A DNA stretch of 64,000 nucleotides from a phage. Below, piece by piece: positions 40,246 through 50,576 of this stretch. The stretch lies in the sequence record PZ452589.1. The stretch is one strand, 5' to 3'. A model generated the notes under the pieces. It did not search any database and had not been told where the DNA came from. It worked only from the letters and a program-made list of their open reading frames with translations. How positions within the stretch are numbered: position 1 is the first letter of the stretch; each line of letters begins with the position of its first letter. The translations under genes were made by a program, and so were the position numbers.

Positions 40246-42423
40246 TTAGGCCGCAAGGGCCTTCATAGTTTTAGCGATTTGGGAAACTTCATCATCACTT
40301 AAAGAGTTGCGATAACCGATGAAGTCGGAAACAATACGGAATTTCTTGGTAAACTCAGCAACCATTTTATCACTGTTTTTTGAAGCATTATTTGATAATA
40401 CATCAAAAAGATTAGTTACTGTCCAGATGTCATGACCGATGGTATCTTTTCCACCATTGAAATATACGCCCCGTAATGAACTAACTATATTAGCGAGTCG
40501 TGTATATTCTTCAGAAACTTCATCTGTACTGAAGTACTTCATCATAAAATCTAGTTCAGGATACTTGATAATTTTATCAATATATCGTTGAGCTGAACTT
40601 GAATAACCTACATACTTATCATAATCTACATCATCAAAAGCATCTACATATAAATCACGTAAAGCTTCAAAAATACATTGGCACTGACCGAGTTCTTTTA
40701 CCTTTTTCTGTAAAAGCGGACGAATAACATAAAATTCATTAATGCCAATAAGATTAGCCATACGAATCAAAATATTCATAGATGGATGACAAAGCGATGT
40801 AGTACCATCCATAGAGAAAATATCAGAACGATGCATATACGCTACATAACCAGTAATTTCATCTGCTTCTGATGTGAGCGTAAATAGTTCCTCTTTTTCC
40901 CAGCGTCCGTCTTTAATTTCAAACTTAAATGCTGTAGCAGCTTTAGGACGAGGAGCTTTACTTTTAACTACCTTTGGAATATAGCTTTTAACTAAAGCTT
41001 CAATTTCTGACAAATAATGAATGTTAACTTCATCACTTTCAAACATTGCCATAATATCAGGTAGTAAATCAATCTGCGATTCTACTTCCGGATTAATAAA
41101 CAGAAGACGCTCATTGTGATGAATATTCAAAGTGTTATTAAATTCACTATCATCTAACGCGTGTGCTAATCCACGGACAATATTAACACGATTTTTAATA
41201 TTATCAATAACGATATTAATTTTTGTTGTATTAATACCAAACAGACGATAACTTGATGCAACGGCTGAAGTTTCATGACTTTGCTTAATGCGTTTCAGTC
41301 GAGGGTCAAGATTTACTTCATACACAACTCCTGCATTGCATAACTTACTGTCAGGTTCAAACATGCTCTGCATCTTTTTATATGACAGATTTTTAGTCGT
41401 GAATTTGACTGAATTACTAATCATATAATCTCGAGCAGAATATCCCATCTTCATCAATTCACGGTATGTGTGACGAGGAGATGTAGATTCTTTAAATCGT
41501 TTTACATCTTCATTAAATGCTTTCTCACTGAGTTCTTTAACTCGTTCAATAATATTTTTACGAGTACGATCATCCAGTGAAAGAGCCTCACGAGATGGAG
41601 CAATATCAAGTGAACCCATTGGAAACTTAATGTAATTCACTTCATTGCGAATGCTTAGCCAGTTACGGTCTCTAATAACACCATCGATAGGATAAACAAT
41701 ACCGCCATAGATAGCATATAATCCACCACGATCAGGCCAGTATCTTTCTGGATTTACACCGTAATAGTCATCAAAATCCGGAAAATAATCAATTTCGCGG
41801 TCAAGACCATTAATGATAGCCAAATCTTTGAATGGTCGCATGATATAAGAAACTTCATAAGCAAAGTTTCTAAAGTCTTTTTCTTCAACTGGAACTACGA
41901 TTTCAATACCAGTTTTATCATCTGGACCCATTTCTTTTACGAATGTAGGTTTAATCTGTGGACCATCACCATCCATGTAAGCTACATAACCACGAATTTC
42001 ACCTTTATGATAAGAAGTAATACTAAACGTATCAGTATAACTAAACGGAGATTTAGAACCTAAACCAAACCCGCCAATAAAGTCATTAGATTCAGCCTTA
42101 GATGAACTGAAGTATGAATTATATAACCCAGGAGAATTATCATCACCCTGAATATCAAAATCACTCATACCCGGACCAAAATCTCGACAAACAAATCGCG
42201 GATCTAATCGTCCTGGAACTTGTATGATAAATTTTTCAGGATTTCCATTAAGTGCATGGGCATCAATCATATTAGTAATTAATTCACGGACTACTGCACG
42301 AATCTTGTTTGTATACAAATCAGATGACAGAATTTTAAATACTTTAGGAGATGCTGTGATGCTAAATGCTTTTGATTTAGAACCATTGCCAAGAATTGTT
42401 TCTTTTTCAGTGGTGATAATCAT
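40246..42423 (-). CDS. rIIA: rIIA, 725 aa
   Basis: length equals T4 rIIA; N-terminal ATPase-like region; adjacent to rIIB. Confidence 0.92.
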   Translation of the reverse strand: MIITTEKETILGNGSKSKAFSITASPKVFKILSSDLYTNKIRAVVRELITNMIDAHALNGNPEKFIIQVPGRLDPRFVCRDFGPGMSDFDIQGDDNSPGLYNSYFSSSKAESNDFIGGFGLGSKSPFSYTDTFSITSYHKGEIRGYVAYMDGDGPQIKPTFVKEMGPDDKTGIEIVVPVEEKDFRNFAYEVSYIMRPFKDLAIINGLDREIDYFPDFDDYYGVNPERYWPDRGGLYAIYGGIVYPIDGVIRDRNWLSIRNEVNYIKFPMGSLDIAPSREALSLDDRTRKNIIERVKELSEKAFNEDVKRFKESTSPRHTYRELMKMGYSARDYMISNSVKFTTKNLSYKKMQSMFEPDSKLCNAGVVYEVNLDPRLKRIKQSHETSAVASSYRLFGINTTKINIVIDNIKNRVNIVRGLAHALDDSEFNNTLNIHHNERLLFINPEVESQIDLLPDIMAMFESDEVNIHYLSEIEALVKSYIPKVVKSKAPRPKAATAFKFEIKDGRWEKEELFTLTSEADEITGYVAYMHRSDIFSMDGTTSLCHPSMNILIRMANLIGINEFYVIRPLLQKKVKELGQCQCIFEALRDLYVDAFDDVDYDKYVGYSSSAQRYIDKIIKYPELDFMMKYFSTDEVSEEYTRLANIVSSLRGVYFNGGKDTIGHDIWTVTNLFDVLSNNASKNSDKMVAEFTKKFRIVSDFIGYRNSLSDDEVSQIAKTMKALAA

Positions 42424-42433
42424 AATTTCCTCA

Positions 42434-42637
42434 TTAATTCATATTACGCTTAATAACTTCAGCAACTTCTAGTAATTCATCTTTAGTTGCAGTGTCGGAT
42501 TGAATTTTATCTCTAATATCTTTAAAGCGGTTTTTAAATTCTTCGGCTTCTCCCATATCGAAAAAGCGTTGAATGATTCTATATTCTCGATGAACTGCTT
42601 TATCAAAAAGTTCTAAATTTACTTTATATGATTTCAT
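42434..42637 (-). CDS. hypothetical protein, 67 aa (rIIA.1 position)
   Basis: ORF with own promoter; between 39 and rIIA. Confidence 0.5.
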   Translation of the reverse strand: MKSYKVNLELFDKAVHREYRIIQRFFDMGEAEEFKNRFKDIRDKIQSDTATKDELLEVAEVIKRNMN

Positions 42638-42662
42638 TTCAATATCCTCATTTGCCCAATTA

Positions 42663-42692
42663 ATTATACCACATCCTTGTGGTAAAGTAAAC
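42663..42692 (-). promoter_or_regulatory. early-promoter-like element (GTTTACT-N17-TATAAT)
   Basis: minus-strand TTTACT and consensus TATAAT (comp 42663-42668). Confidence 0.45.
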
Positions 42693-44512
42693 TACTGGCT
42701 CATCCATTCTTTACGAAGGTCAGCATTATCTCCCATGAGCATTTCAAAAAGCTCTTTCCAGTTCTCAGGAAGTTTAACAACATCATATACTGGATTTTGA
42801 ATCATCTCACGATATTCAGATTTTTCCAAAGAGCCAAGTCCTTTAATATAACGGATGCTATGTTTAGGTAGAGCATCTTTAGCACTCTCATATTCAGCGA
42901 CTGTATAAAACCATTCTTGTTTTTTACCAATCTGTGCGATGATTACAGGAGTTTTGACAAAGCGAATTCGTCCTTGCTCAAACAGTTCTGGCCAATTACT
43001 AAAAAATCCAAGCAGAGAAGGATAAATGCTTCCTAGGCCATCATGGTCAGCATCAGTCATAATAGCGATATTATGATAATTCAAGTTTTCAGCTTTTTCA
43101 CCGAGAACTAATCCAGTGATTGCGCAAATATCAAATAGTTCTTTGTTTTTAAGCATATCTGCATAAGACATACCCCAACTGTTGAGAACTTTACCGCGCA
43201 ATGGATAACCACCGTGAAGTTCTTTATCACGAACATCAATAAGATATCCGATAGCAGAATCACCCTCAGTCAAGAACAATGTAGTATCAGCATCTTTACC
43301 ACAAAGATTCGCTTTGATATGTTTATGAACCTTAGCTTTAGATGCCTTTTTAGCTGCTTTAGTTTCTGCTGCTTTTTCTGCCGCCAATTTACGAGCCAAA
43401 GCAGCTTCAATAATTGGCATCAGAATTGCTTCATTATTCAAAATAGCACGTGAAATCTTTTTAGCATCAAGCTGAATATGACTACGGATTTCACCAAATG
43501 GAGAAGTCAAACGCTCTTTAGTTTGAGAATCAAATCGCATGTTTTTCATATCACGAACAAACATAACGATTGTCAAACATTCTTTAACGCGTGCTTTAGT
43601 CACATCAATTTTGAACTTACGTTTGATTTGTGGAATAAGGTCTTCACAAATATCATCCATAACGCAGTCAATATGATGGCCACCATTCTTAGTATGAATG
43701 TTATTGACGTATGTTAATTGACGAAAACCATCCGGTGAACGACCAACCGCAATAGAACAATTTTCTTGTTCTTGAACAATAGCATGTTCATCATATTGGC
43801 GTGCATATTTCTTAAAATTGCCCTGAACCTTTTTACCATTAAAGGTAAATTGAATATCAGGATAAACTACTGCAAGTGTCTGGAGACGATCTAGTGTAAT
43901 GTCAAGATAAACTTGGGACAGCTCATTAGTTTCAAATGACATAAAATCAGGAATGAAAGTAACACGAGTTCCTTTCCATTTTCCAGGAATAGTTTCCCAT
44001 GATTTATTTTCCATGCCATTTGAACAACGAACTACAATATTATTTTGACCATCACCAGTTTCACCGACAAACATCACAGAAAAAATGTTTGTCAAACTAG
44101 AACCAACACCATTCATACCGCCAGTGACGCGTTCTTTATCATCACCAAAGTTACCACCTGCTTTTGGAATAGTCCATGCAGCAACAGGACCAGGAATTTC
44201 TTCACCAGTAGGTGTTTTAACCATCGCTTGTGGAATACCGCGACCGTTATCTTCAACTGTTACTTGATTGTTTTTAATAGTAACATTAATTTTATTTGCG
44301 AATTTAAACTTAGTACGAATACCTTCATCTACTGAGTTATCGATAATTTCATCAATAAGCTTAACAAGACCAGGTACATACTGAACACTTTCCCATTTAC
44401 CAAACAGAAAGCGCTCATGCATTTCATTAGCAGAAGAGCCAATATACATGCCGCTACGCTTTTTGATATGTTCAATATCGCTCAGAATTTTAATTTCATT
44501 CTTAATCATCAC
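42692..44512 (-). CDS. 39: topoisomerase II large subunit gp39 (GyrB-like), 606 aa, unsplit
   Basis: (M)MIKNEIKILSDIEHIKKRSGMYIGS.. GHKL ATPase plus TOPRIM in one ORF; T4 splits this into 39 and 60. Confidence 0.92.
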   Translation of the reverse strand: MMIKNEIKILSDIEHIKKRSGMYIGSSANEMHERFLFGKWESVQYVPGLVKLIDEIIDNSVDEGIRTKFKFANKINVTIKNNQVTVEDNGRGIPQAMVKTPTGEEIPGPVAAWTIPKAGGNFGDDKERVTGGMNGVGSSLTNIFSVMFVGETGDGQNNIVVRCSNGMENKSWETIPGKWKGTRVTFIPDFMSFETNELSQVYLDITLDRLQTLAVVYPDIQFTFNGKKVQGNFKKYARQYDEHAIVQEQENCSIAVGRSPDGFRQLTYVNNIHTKNGGHHIDCVMDDICEDLIPQIKRKFKIDVTKARVKECLTIVMFVRDMKNMRFDSQTKERLTSPFGEIRSHIQLDAKKISRAILNNEAILMPIIEAALARKLAAEKAAETKAAKKASKAKVHKHIKANLCGKDADTTLFLTEGDSAIGYLIDVRDKELHGGYPLRGKVLNSWGMSYADMLKNKELFDICAITGLVLGEKAENLNYHNIAIMTDADHDGLGSIYPSLLGFFSNWPELFEQGRIRFVKTPVIIAQIGKKQEWFYTVAEYESAKDALPKHSIRYIKGLGSLEKSEYREMIQNPVYDVVKLPENWKELFEMLMGDNADLRKEWMSQ

Positions 44513-44561
44513 TTATCCTCGTTTGGTTTCGGGAATATTATACTCCGGTAATCATAAAGCT

Positions 44562-44579
44562 AAAGGCCCGAAGGCCTTT
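44562..44579 (-). terminator. C(UUCG)G hairpin after lipoprotein gene
   Basis: minus-strand AAGGCC-UUCG-GGCCUU; U-rich tract is weak on minus and stronger on plus. Confidence 0.4.
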
Positions 44580-44851
44580 TATTTAAAACGGATAGTCGAA
44601 TCCTTGAAGAATAGACCAGAACACACGGTTCCTTCTACTTTCTGCCCAGTAGGTCCAATAGCACGAAATCCAGTATGTTGGAAATCATTTTCAGAGCAAC
44701 CGAACCAGTTGTATCCAGTGATTTCAATATTAGTAAAACCGCTTGATGACAAAATTTTGGTTGCATTATCAGTATCAGTACATCCTGCTAAAGACACTGC
44801 TAATACTAATGCTGCGATAGAACGATTAATATATTTCATAATTTCACTCAA
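44579..44851 (-). CDS. predicted lipoprotein, ~86-90 aa (39.x position)
   Basis: MKYINRSIAALVLAVSLAGCTDT.. signal peptide with LAGC lipobox; start may be the Met at 44839. Confidence 0.55.
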   Translation of the reverse strand: MSEIMKYINRSIAALVLAVSLAGCTDTDNATKILSSSGFTNIEITGYNWFGCSENDFQHTGFRAIGPTGQKVEGTVCSGLFFKDSTIRFK

Positions 44852-45215
44852 ATTTAATGGCTTGAAGGAGACTAATAACTCTCAAACGACTTCTTTCATC
44901 TTTAACTGTAAAAGAAAGAGGGTCACCAGATTTCATAGTAATAGTACATTCAAAATCAAAACCTTCGGGGACTTCTTCGAATAGGTCAAATTCTTCATCA
45001 TATATTAGAACATTACTCTGAAAACTGTGAAGAATTTTTCCATCATTTCCAGATGCTGTACTAATCATTGTAACATTATTACCTTTCATATCTTCAACGA
45101 TAAATTCGCTTGTAGATATTACGGCATTAATAGAACCATTCCTATAAATAGCAGAAAATAGATATTTCTTTTCTTCACCTTCGCGAATGCGATATTTCTT
45201 ACCAATTTTAAACAT
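44844..45215 (-). CDS. hypothetical protein, 123 aa
   Basis: ORF; unknown. Confidence 0.5.
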   Translation of the reverse strand: MFKIGKKYRIREGEEKKYLFSAIYRNGSINAVISTSEFIVEDMKGNNVTMISTASGNDGKILHSFQSNVLIYDEEFDLFEEVPEGFDFECTITMKSGDPLSFTVKDERSRLRVISLLQAIKFE

Positions 45216-45217
45216 AA

Positions 45218-45394
45218 TTACCCTTTAAGTAAGTCGTAAAAACCACCATTCACATGCTTAGGAGCGGAAACTAACCGAATAGCAATCCGATGACAATCAG
45301 GACATACATCAGTATCCCTTTCAGAAATTTTCTTGATTTTTTCGTATTCTTTTGCACAGTCTTTGGATTGACATTTATAATCATAAAGCGGCAT
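45218..45394 (-). CDS. zinc-ribbon mini-protein, 58 aa (MPLYDYKCQSKDCAKEYE..CPDCH..)
   Basis: unlisted ORF exactly filling an intergenic gap; CxxxxC..CxxC pattern typical of FmdB-type zinc ribbons as I recall them. Confidence 0.45.
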   Translation of the reverse strand: MPLYDYKCQSKDCAKEYEKIKKISERDTDVCPDCHRIAIRLVSAPKHVNGGFYDLLKG

Positions 45395-45396
45395 AA

Positions 45397-45810
45397 TTAT
45401 TCCTTAAAGTGAGCTTTCAACATCTGATACAAAGACCATGCCTGTACATTATTTTCAATAGTAACGTTCATAACCGGGAATTCAGATGGATCAGTTATTG
45501 TTGCAGATTCTTCCTGCTCTTCAGCTGCCTGGTATGGATTTTCAACTTCATTAAAGAATTCAGCTTCATTCGATGAAAGCCAAATAAAATCTTCATCCAA
45601 AATATCTTTACCAGAAGATAGTACTAAATTTCCAGCAAATGACATAATTTTAATAGGACGCCCAAGAGCATCCACATCTAAAATTTTAAAAGGATGCATA
45701 CCTAAACGGCGTGCATAGATTCCGTTATCAGTATGGTCTTTAATAAAATTTTCTTGAGCTTGTTTATTTTTAAATTGATACCATTTATTAACTTCAAATT
45801 TAATAGCCAT
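45397..45810 (-). CDS. hypothetical protein, 137 aa (goF region)
   Basis: ORF; identity with T4 goF not established. Confidence 0.5.
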   Translation of the reverse strand: MAIKFEVNKWYQFKNKQAQENFIKDHTDNGIYARRLGMHPFKILDVDALGRPIKIMSFAGNLVLSSGKDILDEDFIWLSSNEAEFFNEVENPYQAAEEQEESATITDPSEFPVMNVTIENNVQAWSLYQMLKAHFKE

Positions 45811-46025
45811 TAATAAATTTCCTTCCAGTAAGTTGTACCATCTTCAGTGATTTCACGAAATACACCGTAAATTGGTTGTTTATCCCCAACCTTTTCATAC
45901 ACATAAACCGAAGTCAAGTGAGTAAACTTAGCAGTGTGTTCCTTTTGAACTACTACCAAATCTGGATCGAATAACACATCTTCAAATTCGTCATTAGTGC
46001 AGTTCTGAACAATTTTACGTTTCAT
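45810..46025 (-). CDS. hypothetical protein, 71 aa (cef position)
   Basis: 71-aa ORF, same length as T4 Cef, but sequence identity not verified. Confidence 0.5.
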   Translation of the reverse strand: MKRKIVQNCTNDEFEDVLFDPDLVVVQKEHTAKFTHLTSVYVYEKVGDKQPIYGVFREITEDGTTYWKEIY

Positions 46026-46196
46026 TACAATTTCCTCGTTAATTGAACATTGGAGCGATGCGTTTCAGAAGAGTAGCAGCACCTTTGGCAAATTTTCCAT
46101 TTTATTCTCCAAATTATTTTCTATATCAGTAGTTGATATTGATATAGTACCATAATCAACTACTGATGTATATAGTTTTATGAAAAATTTTAAACT

Positions 46197-46688
46197 TTAT
46201 GCATAGCGAGCTTTGCTATAGTGTTTAATCCAACTTTCAGGAATGACTTTGTATGTTCCTAAAAATACCGCGTTGTATAACTTAACGCCATCTTCTACCC
46301 ATTGATCAGTAATGTATGCACACATAGCGCGAGTACGCCGAGGAAGTGGTTGTCCACCTTCGGTAAATTCAAACTCATAAGGAGCAATGAACTTGATAGC
46401 TTGACCAAGTTTCCACTTAAAGTCTACACCTACATGCGAAGTATCAATCGTTTCAATTCCTTTAGCAGGAACAGCTTTCAAAAACGCAGGCTCAAGAAAT
46501 TTCCATCGAACATAACCAAACTGGGGCTTAGACATTCCATCTTTAGCAATGATACGTACTTTTACTTCAGAATCTTCATCTTTAACACCGTGTTTAAGCT
46601 GAATGCTTACAACTTCGACCAATTTTCCTGCTGCTTTAGAACGGGATTTATCAGATACACGAGCAATTTCGCCGATATTAATATTCAT
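46197..46688 (-). CDS. hypothetical protein, 163 aa (motB region), paralog of next ORF
   Basis: C-terminal ..YITDQWVEDGVKLYNAVFLGTYKVIPESWI.. shared with ORF 46762-47265. Confidence 0.55.
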   Translation of the reverse strand: MNINIGEIARVSDKSRSKAAGKLVEVVSIQLKHGVKDEDSEVKVRIIAKDGMSKPQFGYVRWKFLEPAFLKAVPAKGIETIDTSHVGVDFKWKLGQAIKFIAPYEFEFTEGGQPLPRRTRAMCAYITDQWVEDGVKLYNAVFLGTYKVIPESWIKHYSKARYA

Positions 46689-46761
46689 AATTATCTCTCA
46701 CTTGTTAAAAAGATTTTATACTCCACAGGACCATTATACTCTGGTCCCAAGAGTTTGTAAA

Positions 46762-47265
46762 CTAGCTTACACGAACATTAATCACTGCGCTACGAGGAAC
46801 TACAGAGTATTCTCCAGCATGAACTACGTTCAGAAGTTCAACGCCATCTTCAATCCACTGGTCAGTTACCCAACCACCGACCGGATTCGCGAATGGACGA
46901 CGAATGTAAACCGCCTTACACAACAAATCAGTCGGGTCTTCAATTTTTTCAACTGGTGCCACATACATAGAAACTAAATCCATATCAATATGGAATTTTT
47001 CCTGTTCTTCTTTTTCAATTTCTGTCAATAGACTAAAATCTTTTTCATAAATAATAAGCGATGACACCATTCCATAATAGTTTCTAATTTCAATATACAT
47101 CATGCCGATAAGAATTCCGCTATTAACACTAATAACAGTAAAAGGATATCCGCCAGTTAAAGCAAGAAGTTCACAAAACTTATTATGAGCTGTATTAGAC
47201 AGTACCGGAAAATTCTTAATTTCATCAAATTTTTTCAATTGATAAACAGCATTATTTTTAATCAT
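46762..47265 (-). CDS. hypothetical protein, 167 aa, paralog of previous ORF
   Basis: C-terminal ..WVTDQWIEDGVELLNVVHAGEYSVVPRSAV.. Confidence 0.55.
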   Translation of the reverse strand: MIKNNAVYQLKKFDEIKNFPVLSNTAHNKFCELLALTGGYPFTVISVNSGILIGMMYIEIRNYYGMVSSLIIYEKDFSLLTEIEKEEQEKFHIDMDLVSMYVAPVEKIEDPTDLLCKAVYIRRPFANPVGGWVTDQWIEDGVELLNVVHAGEYSVVPRSAVINVRVS

Positions 47266-47275
47266 AATTTTCTCT

Positions 47276-47815
47276 TTAATCTAAGGTAATAAAGCCTTTT
47301 AGTTCGGCATGAGATTTGCGGAACATTACTTGATGCCCGCCAACGATAACTTGGTCATCTGGTACTTCGTATACAGCAAGATAAAATCCTTTCGAAGCTA
47401 ATTCTTCACGCTCTTCTCGTGTGAACCATCTCATCATATCATATTCGCTAGCGAAAGCAAAATGATAAAGAGCTATAAACCATCCTGGAATATGATATTC
47501 TACTCCAACATAATCTTTCTTGAACTTAGTATTAATTACTATATTAGCGTTTTTAACTAATAGTTTATCTTCGTGTGGTAAAGGAATTCTTTTATTATTA
47601 TCGCTATGATGCATAAAATTAGGTCTGTCATAACCTACGTGTAATAGCCACTCTTCGCTCCATGAATCTATTATACTCCTGTACGGCGTTATTTGAACAC
47701 AAAGATTTCGACGTATTGTTATAGCATCTTCATAATCAAGAATACTAAACGATGATTCAACACGATAAATTTTCATTTTATTATCCTCAGTAGCTATGGT
47801 GTTATAATACCACAA
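47276..47815 (-). CDS. hypothetical protein, 179 aa
   Basis: ORF with own promoter. Confidence 0.55.
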   Translation of the reverse strand: MWYYNTIATEDNKMKIYRVESSFSILDYEDAITIRRNLCVQITPYRSIIDSWSEEWLLHVGYDRPNFMHHSDNNKRIPLPHEDKLLVKNANIVINTKFKKDYVGVEYHIPGWFIALYHFAFASEYDMMRWFTREEREELASKGFYLAVYEVPDDQVIVGGHQVMFRKSHAELKGFITLD

Positions 47816-47833
47816 CTAACCGAGGAAGTAAAC
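47804..47833 (-). promoter_or_regulatory. early-promoter-like element (GTTTACT-N17-TATTAT)
   Basis: minus-strand GTTTAC 47828-47833, TATTAT 47804-47809. Confidence 0.45.
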
Positions 47834-47839
47834 AACTTT

Positions 47840-48523
47840 TTATCGTTTTGTTGGAAGAGATAGAGGATCGCAATCTTCCTCTGATGGAGCATCTTCAAGA
47901 CCCATAGCATATCGCAAAGCGTACTTCATCATCAGGATGTCTTTCGCACAGTCATGAATAGAATCATGCGCAACGAATCCATCTAAAGTTCCTTTTGGAA
48001 GAGGACACGTGGTCATATCACGAACAAGCAGAAGTGCTTCAATTCTGGTACGAATATCACGCTGATTCCAGAATTTACATGGTTCTAACTTAAATGTGTC
48101 AAGTTCATTCTCAGAAACACCATTAAGACGTTGAATATCACGAATGAGATCGACTAAAATTGGAAAATCAAACGACATTCCACGGCACCAGCCTTGAGAT
48201 TTCCAAGGATCGATATTATGTGCATTGATGTAATCATTAAATTTCGCAATACCGTCGATAGTGCTTACATCTTCATCGGACGGTGCAATATTTTTTCGAG
48301 CTTCAGGAGACTGATTTTTCCACCATTCGATAGTGCTTTTAGTAAAAAGACGATGTCCTTTTTGGCTTTTTAAATCAAATTTGATTTTAATGCCGCGTGA
48401 AACTAATTCATCAAATGTTTCAACTACTTCTGGGTTAGGGTCAAAAGCAATTACAGCTAAATCAATAACAGCTGCTTTTTCACCACTTCCCATTGTTTCA
48501 AAATCTATAATAAAATCAAACAT
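47840..48523 (-). CDS. dexA: exonuclease A (DnaQ-like 3'-5' exonuclease), 227 aa
   Basis: MFDFIIDFETMGSG.. DEDD exonuclease motif; length equals T4 DexA. Confidence 0.85.
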   Translation of the reverse strand: MFDFIIDFETMGSGEKAAVIDLAVIAFDPNPEVVETFDELVSRGIKIKFDLKSQKGHRLFTKSTIEWWKNQSPEARKNIAPSDEDVSTIDGIAKFNDYINAHNIDPWKSQGWCRGMSFDFPILVDLIRDIQRLNGVSENELDTFKLEPCKFWNQRDIRTRIEALLLVRDMTTCPLPKGTLDGFVAHDSIHDCAKDILMMKYALRYAMGLEDAPSEEDCDPLSLPTKR

Positions 48524-48765
48524 TAAATTTTCCTTGCTAAATCGCGAATTTGACCTACAGTATAATCTTGAATATAAACTTTATTAATAGGTTCATCAAT
48601 AAATTTTGCCATAGATTCAATATCTTTTTGTATTTCTTCAAGACTGTATACTATCTTTAAAGCTTTTTCGCGAATAGTAATATTTTCAGGACCCTGATTT
48701 TCTTCAATGACAGCTTTAACATTTGTCATAAGAGATTTAAACTGGTACCAACTCAATTCAATCAT
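48523..48765 (-). CDS. hypothetical protein, 80 aa (dexA.x), member of tandem paralog set
   Basis: ..LEEIQKDIESMAKFIDEPINKVYIQDYTVGQIRDLARKI similar to next ORF. Confidence 0.5.
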   Translation of the reverse strand: MIELSWYQFKSLMTNVKAVIEENQGPENITIREKALKIVYSLEEIQKDIESMAKFIDEPINKVYIQDYTVGQIRDLARKI

Positions 48766-49018
48766 TAATAATCGCCTTATAAAGATAGCTAATTTCGCCT
48801 AAAACATAATCACTGATTGTAACAGTTTTCACTTCACCACAAAAGAATTCTAACGCAATTAAATCTCGTTCAATTTCTTCTAATTGAAGCCTCAACTTAC
48901 TAGATTCAATTTTTACATTTCTACGATTTTTACTATAAGCTATTTCATAAATTTCGCTCACTTTATCTTGAAGAAGATAAAACTGGTCTTTAGTTATTTC
49001 CACGAATAGCTTCCTCAA
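48758..49018 (-). CDS. hypothetical protein, 86 aa (dexA.x), paralog
   Basis: ..LEEIERDLIALEFFCGEVKTVTISDYVLGEISYLYKAI. Confidence 0.5.
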   Translation of the reverse strand: MRKLFVEITKDQFYLLQDKVSEIYEIAYSKNRRNVKIESSKLRLQLEEIERDLIALEFFCGEVKTVTISDYVLGEISYLYKAIIND

Positions 49019-49250
49019 ATTTAATTAGTAATTTACAGACACTTTCATCTAGTGTAATTACCGTATCTGTATTACTGTGATATGATTGTTTTTCAATTCG
49101 TTTAATTGCTAATATAGTATCACTTATAAGATAAAGCTTATGAAGGAGCTCAGCTCCTGTTACCATAACATTAAGATTATCTTGCTTATTAGTATGCTTC
49201 CTTATACCATCTATTAGACGATTTAAATATTTTGAATTGATGTTAATCAT
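48990..49250 (-). CDS. hypothetical protein, 86 aa
   Basis: ORF; weaker similarity to the two preceding ORFs. Confidence 0.5.
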   Translation of the reverse strand: MININSKYLNRLIDGIRKHTNKQDNLNVMVTGAELLHKLYLISDTILAIKRIEKQSYHSNTDTVITLDESVCKLLIKFEEAIRGNN

Positions 49251-49256
49251 ATAGCC

Positions 49257-50576
49257 TCACACATAAAACACATCATAACGACCACGTGTTACACCAACAT
49301 AAAGAAGCTGCTGAGCTAGTTCAGCATCTGCATAATGAATACAAGGCGTATAAATGAAAGCACGGTCTACAGACATGCCCTGAGCTTTATGGAATGTTGA
49401 TGCAGGAAGCGCTTTCACTTTACTAAACTGTGATTTAGCATCCCAAAAATCACTCCACGGAGCCTTTCCGCCTTTATTCCAATTTTTATAAGTTTCTGCC
49501 GTTTTACCTAAAAACAGGTTAAACTTATATAGCTCTTCATCAGATGAAATTATTTTAATCTTTTCACGATAATATTCATCATCGCCGTAAGTTTCTACTG
49601 TTAAATCCCAATGACGAATTAAGTATTCTCCAGGAACACCACGAGCTTTAACAAACGTTGATGTATACTCTGCTTCTATAATACGAACTAATTGTCCATT
49701 ATTAAAAATAATTTCTGATACAGGCTTTCCATCAATTTTATATGTTTTAATTAACGGTTCTTGCATTACAATAATTTCACCGACAATAAAATCTTTATCA
49801 GTTTCAAAAATCTTTTTACGAATAATGCTATTTAACTTATCAACAGATTTATTCGTAAATGCCATTACGCGATTTTCAAACAAATCATCTAGTGATTTGA
49901 CGATTGAAAAATAATTTACCATAAAATCGCGTAAAGCGGTATCACCAGTAAATCCACGTACTCCATGACCGTCAACAACTTTATCATAAATCCACTTACC
50001 GTTACGAACGTCAGTAGCTACATCAATAATAGGAGCATTACTGCGTTTAACTTCAGTGAGTTCACACTGATAAAAATCTTTGTGTGTAAAGAATGGACTG
50101 ATATAAGCAGTATTTTCTCCTGGATCAACAGGTCTAATTTGCTTATTATCACCTATTCCAATTATAGTACACCAAGGTGGAATAGTTGAAAGCAGAATTT
50201 TAAATAGCTTTCTATCATACATTGACACTTCGTCGCAGATTAATACCCTGCATTTAGCTAAATCTGGTACTTCCTTCTGTTCAAAAAGAACGTTTTCTTC
50301 ATATGTTACTGGGTTAATTTTAAGAATACTGTGAATAGTACTCGCTTCTTTCCCCGACAGTTTTGAAAGAATCTTTTTAGCTGCATGTGTAGGAGCTGCC
50401 AAAATGATACCAGTTTCGCCTGTTGATATTAAAGCTTCAATGATGAACTTAGTAAGAGTAGTCTTACCAGTACCAGCAGGTCCATTAATAGTTACATGAT
50501 GTTTCTTTTCTTTAATAGCCCTCATAACGATGTTAAAGGCATTTTTCTGGCCTTCTGTCAAATCATCAAATGTCAT
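49257..50576 (-). CDS. dda: Dda DNA helicase (SF1B), 439 aa
   Basis: MTFDDLTEGQKNAFNIVMRAIKEKKHHVTINGPAGTGKTTL.. matches remembered T4 Dda. Confidence 0.92.
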   Translation of the reverse strand: MTFDDLTEGQKNAFNIVMRAIKEKKHHVTINGPAGTGKTTLTKFIIEALISTGETGIILAAPTHAAKKILSKLSGKEASTIHSILKINPVTYEENVLFEQKEVPDLAKCRVLICDEVSMYDRKLFKILLSTIPPWCTIIGIGDNKQIRPVDPGENTAYISPFFTHKDFYQCELTEVKRSNAPIIDVATDVRNGKWIYDKVVDGHGVRGFTGDTALRDFMVNYFSIVKSLDDLFENRVMAFTNKSVDKLNSIIRKKIFETDKDFIVGEIIVMQEPLIKTYKIDGKPVSEIIFNNGQLVRIIEAEYTSTFVKARGVPGEYLIRHWDLTVETYGDDEYYREKIKIISSDEELYKFNLFLGKTAETYKNWNKGGKAPWSDFWDAKSQFSKVKALPASTFHKAQGMSVDRAFIYTPCIHYADAELAQQLLYVGVTRGRYDVFYV

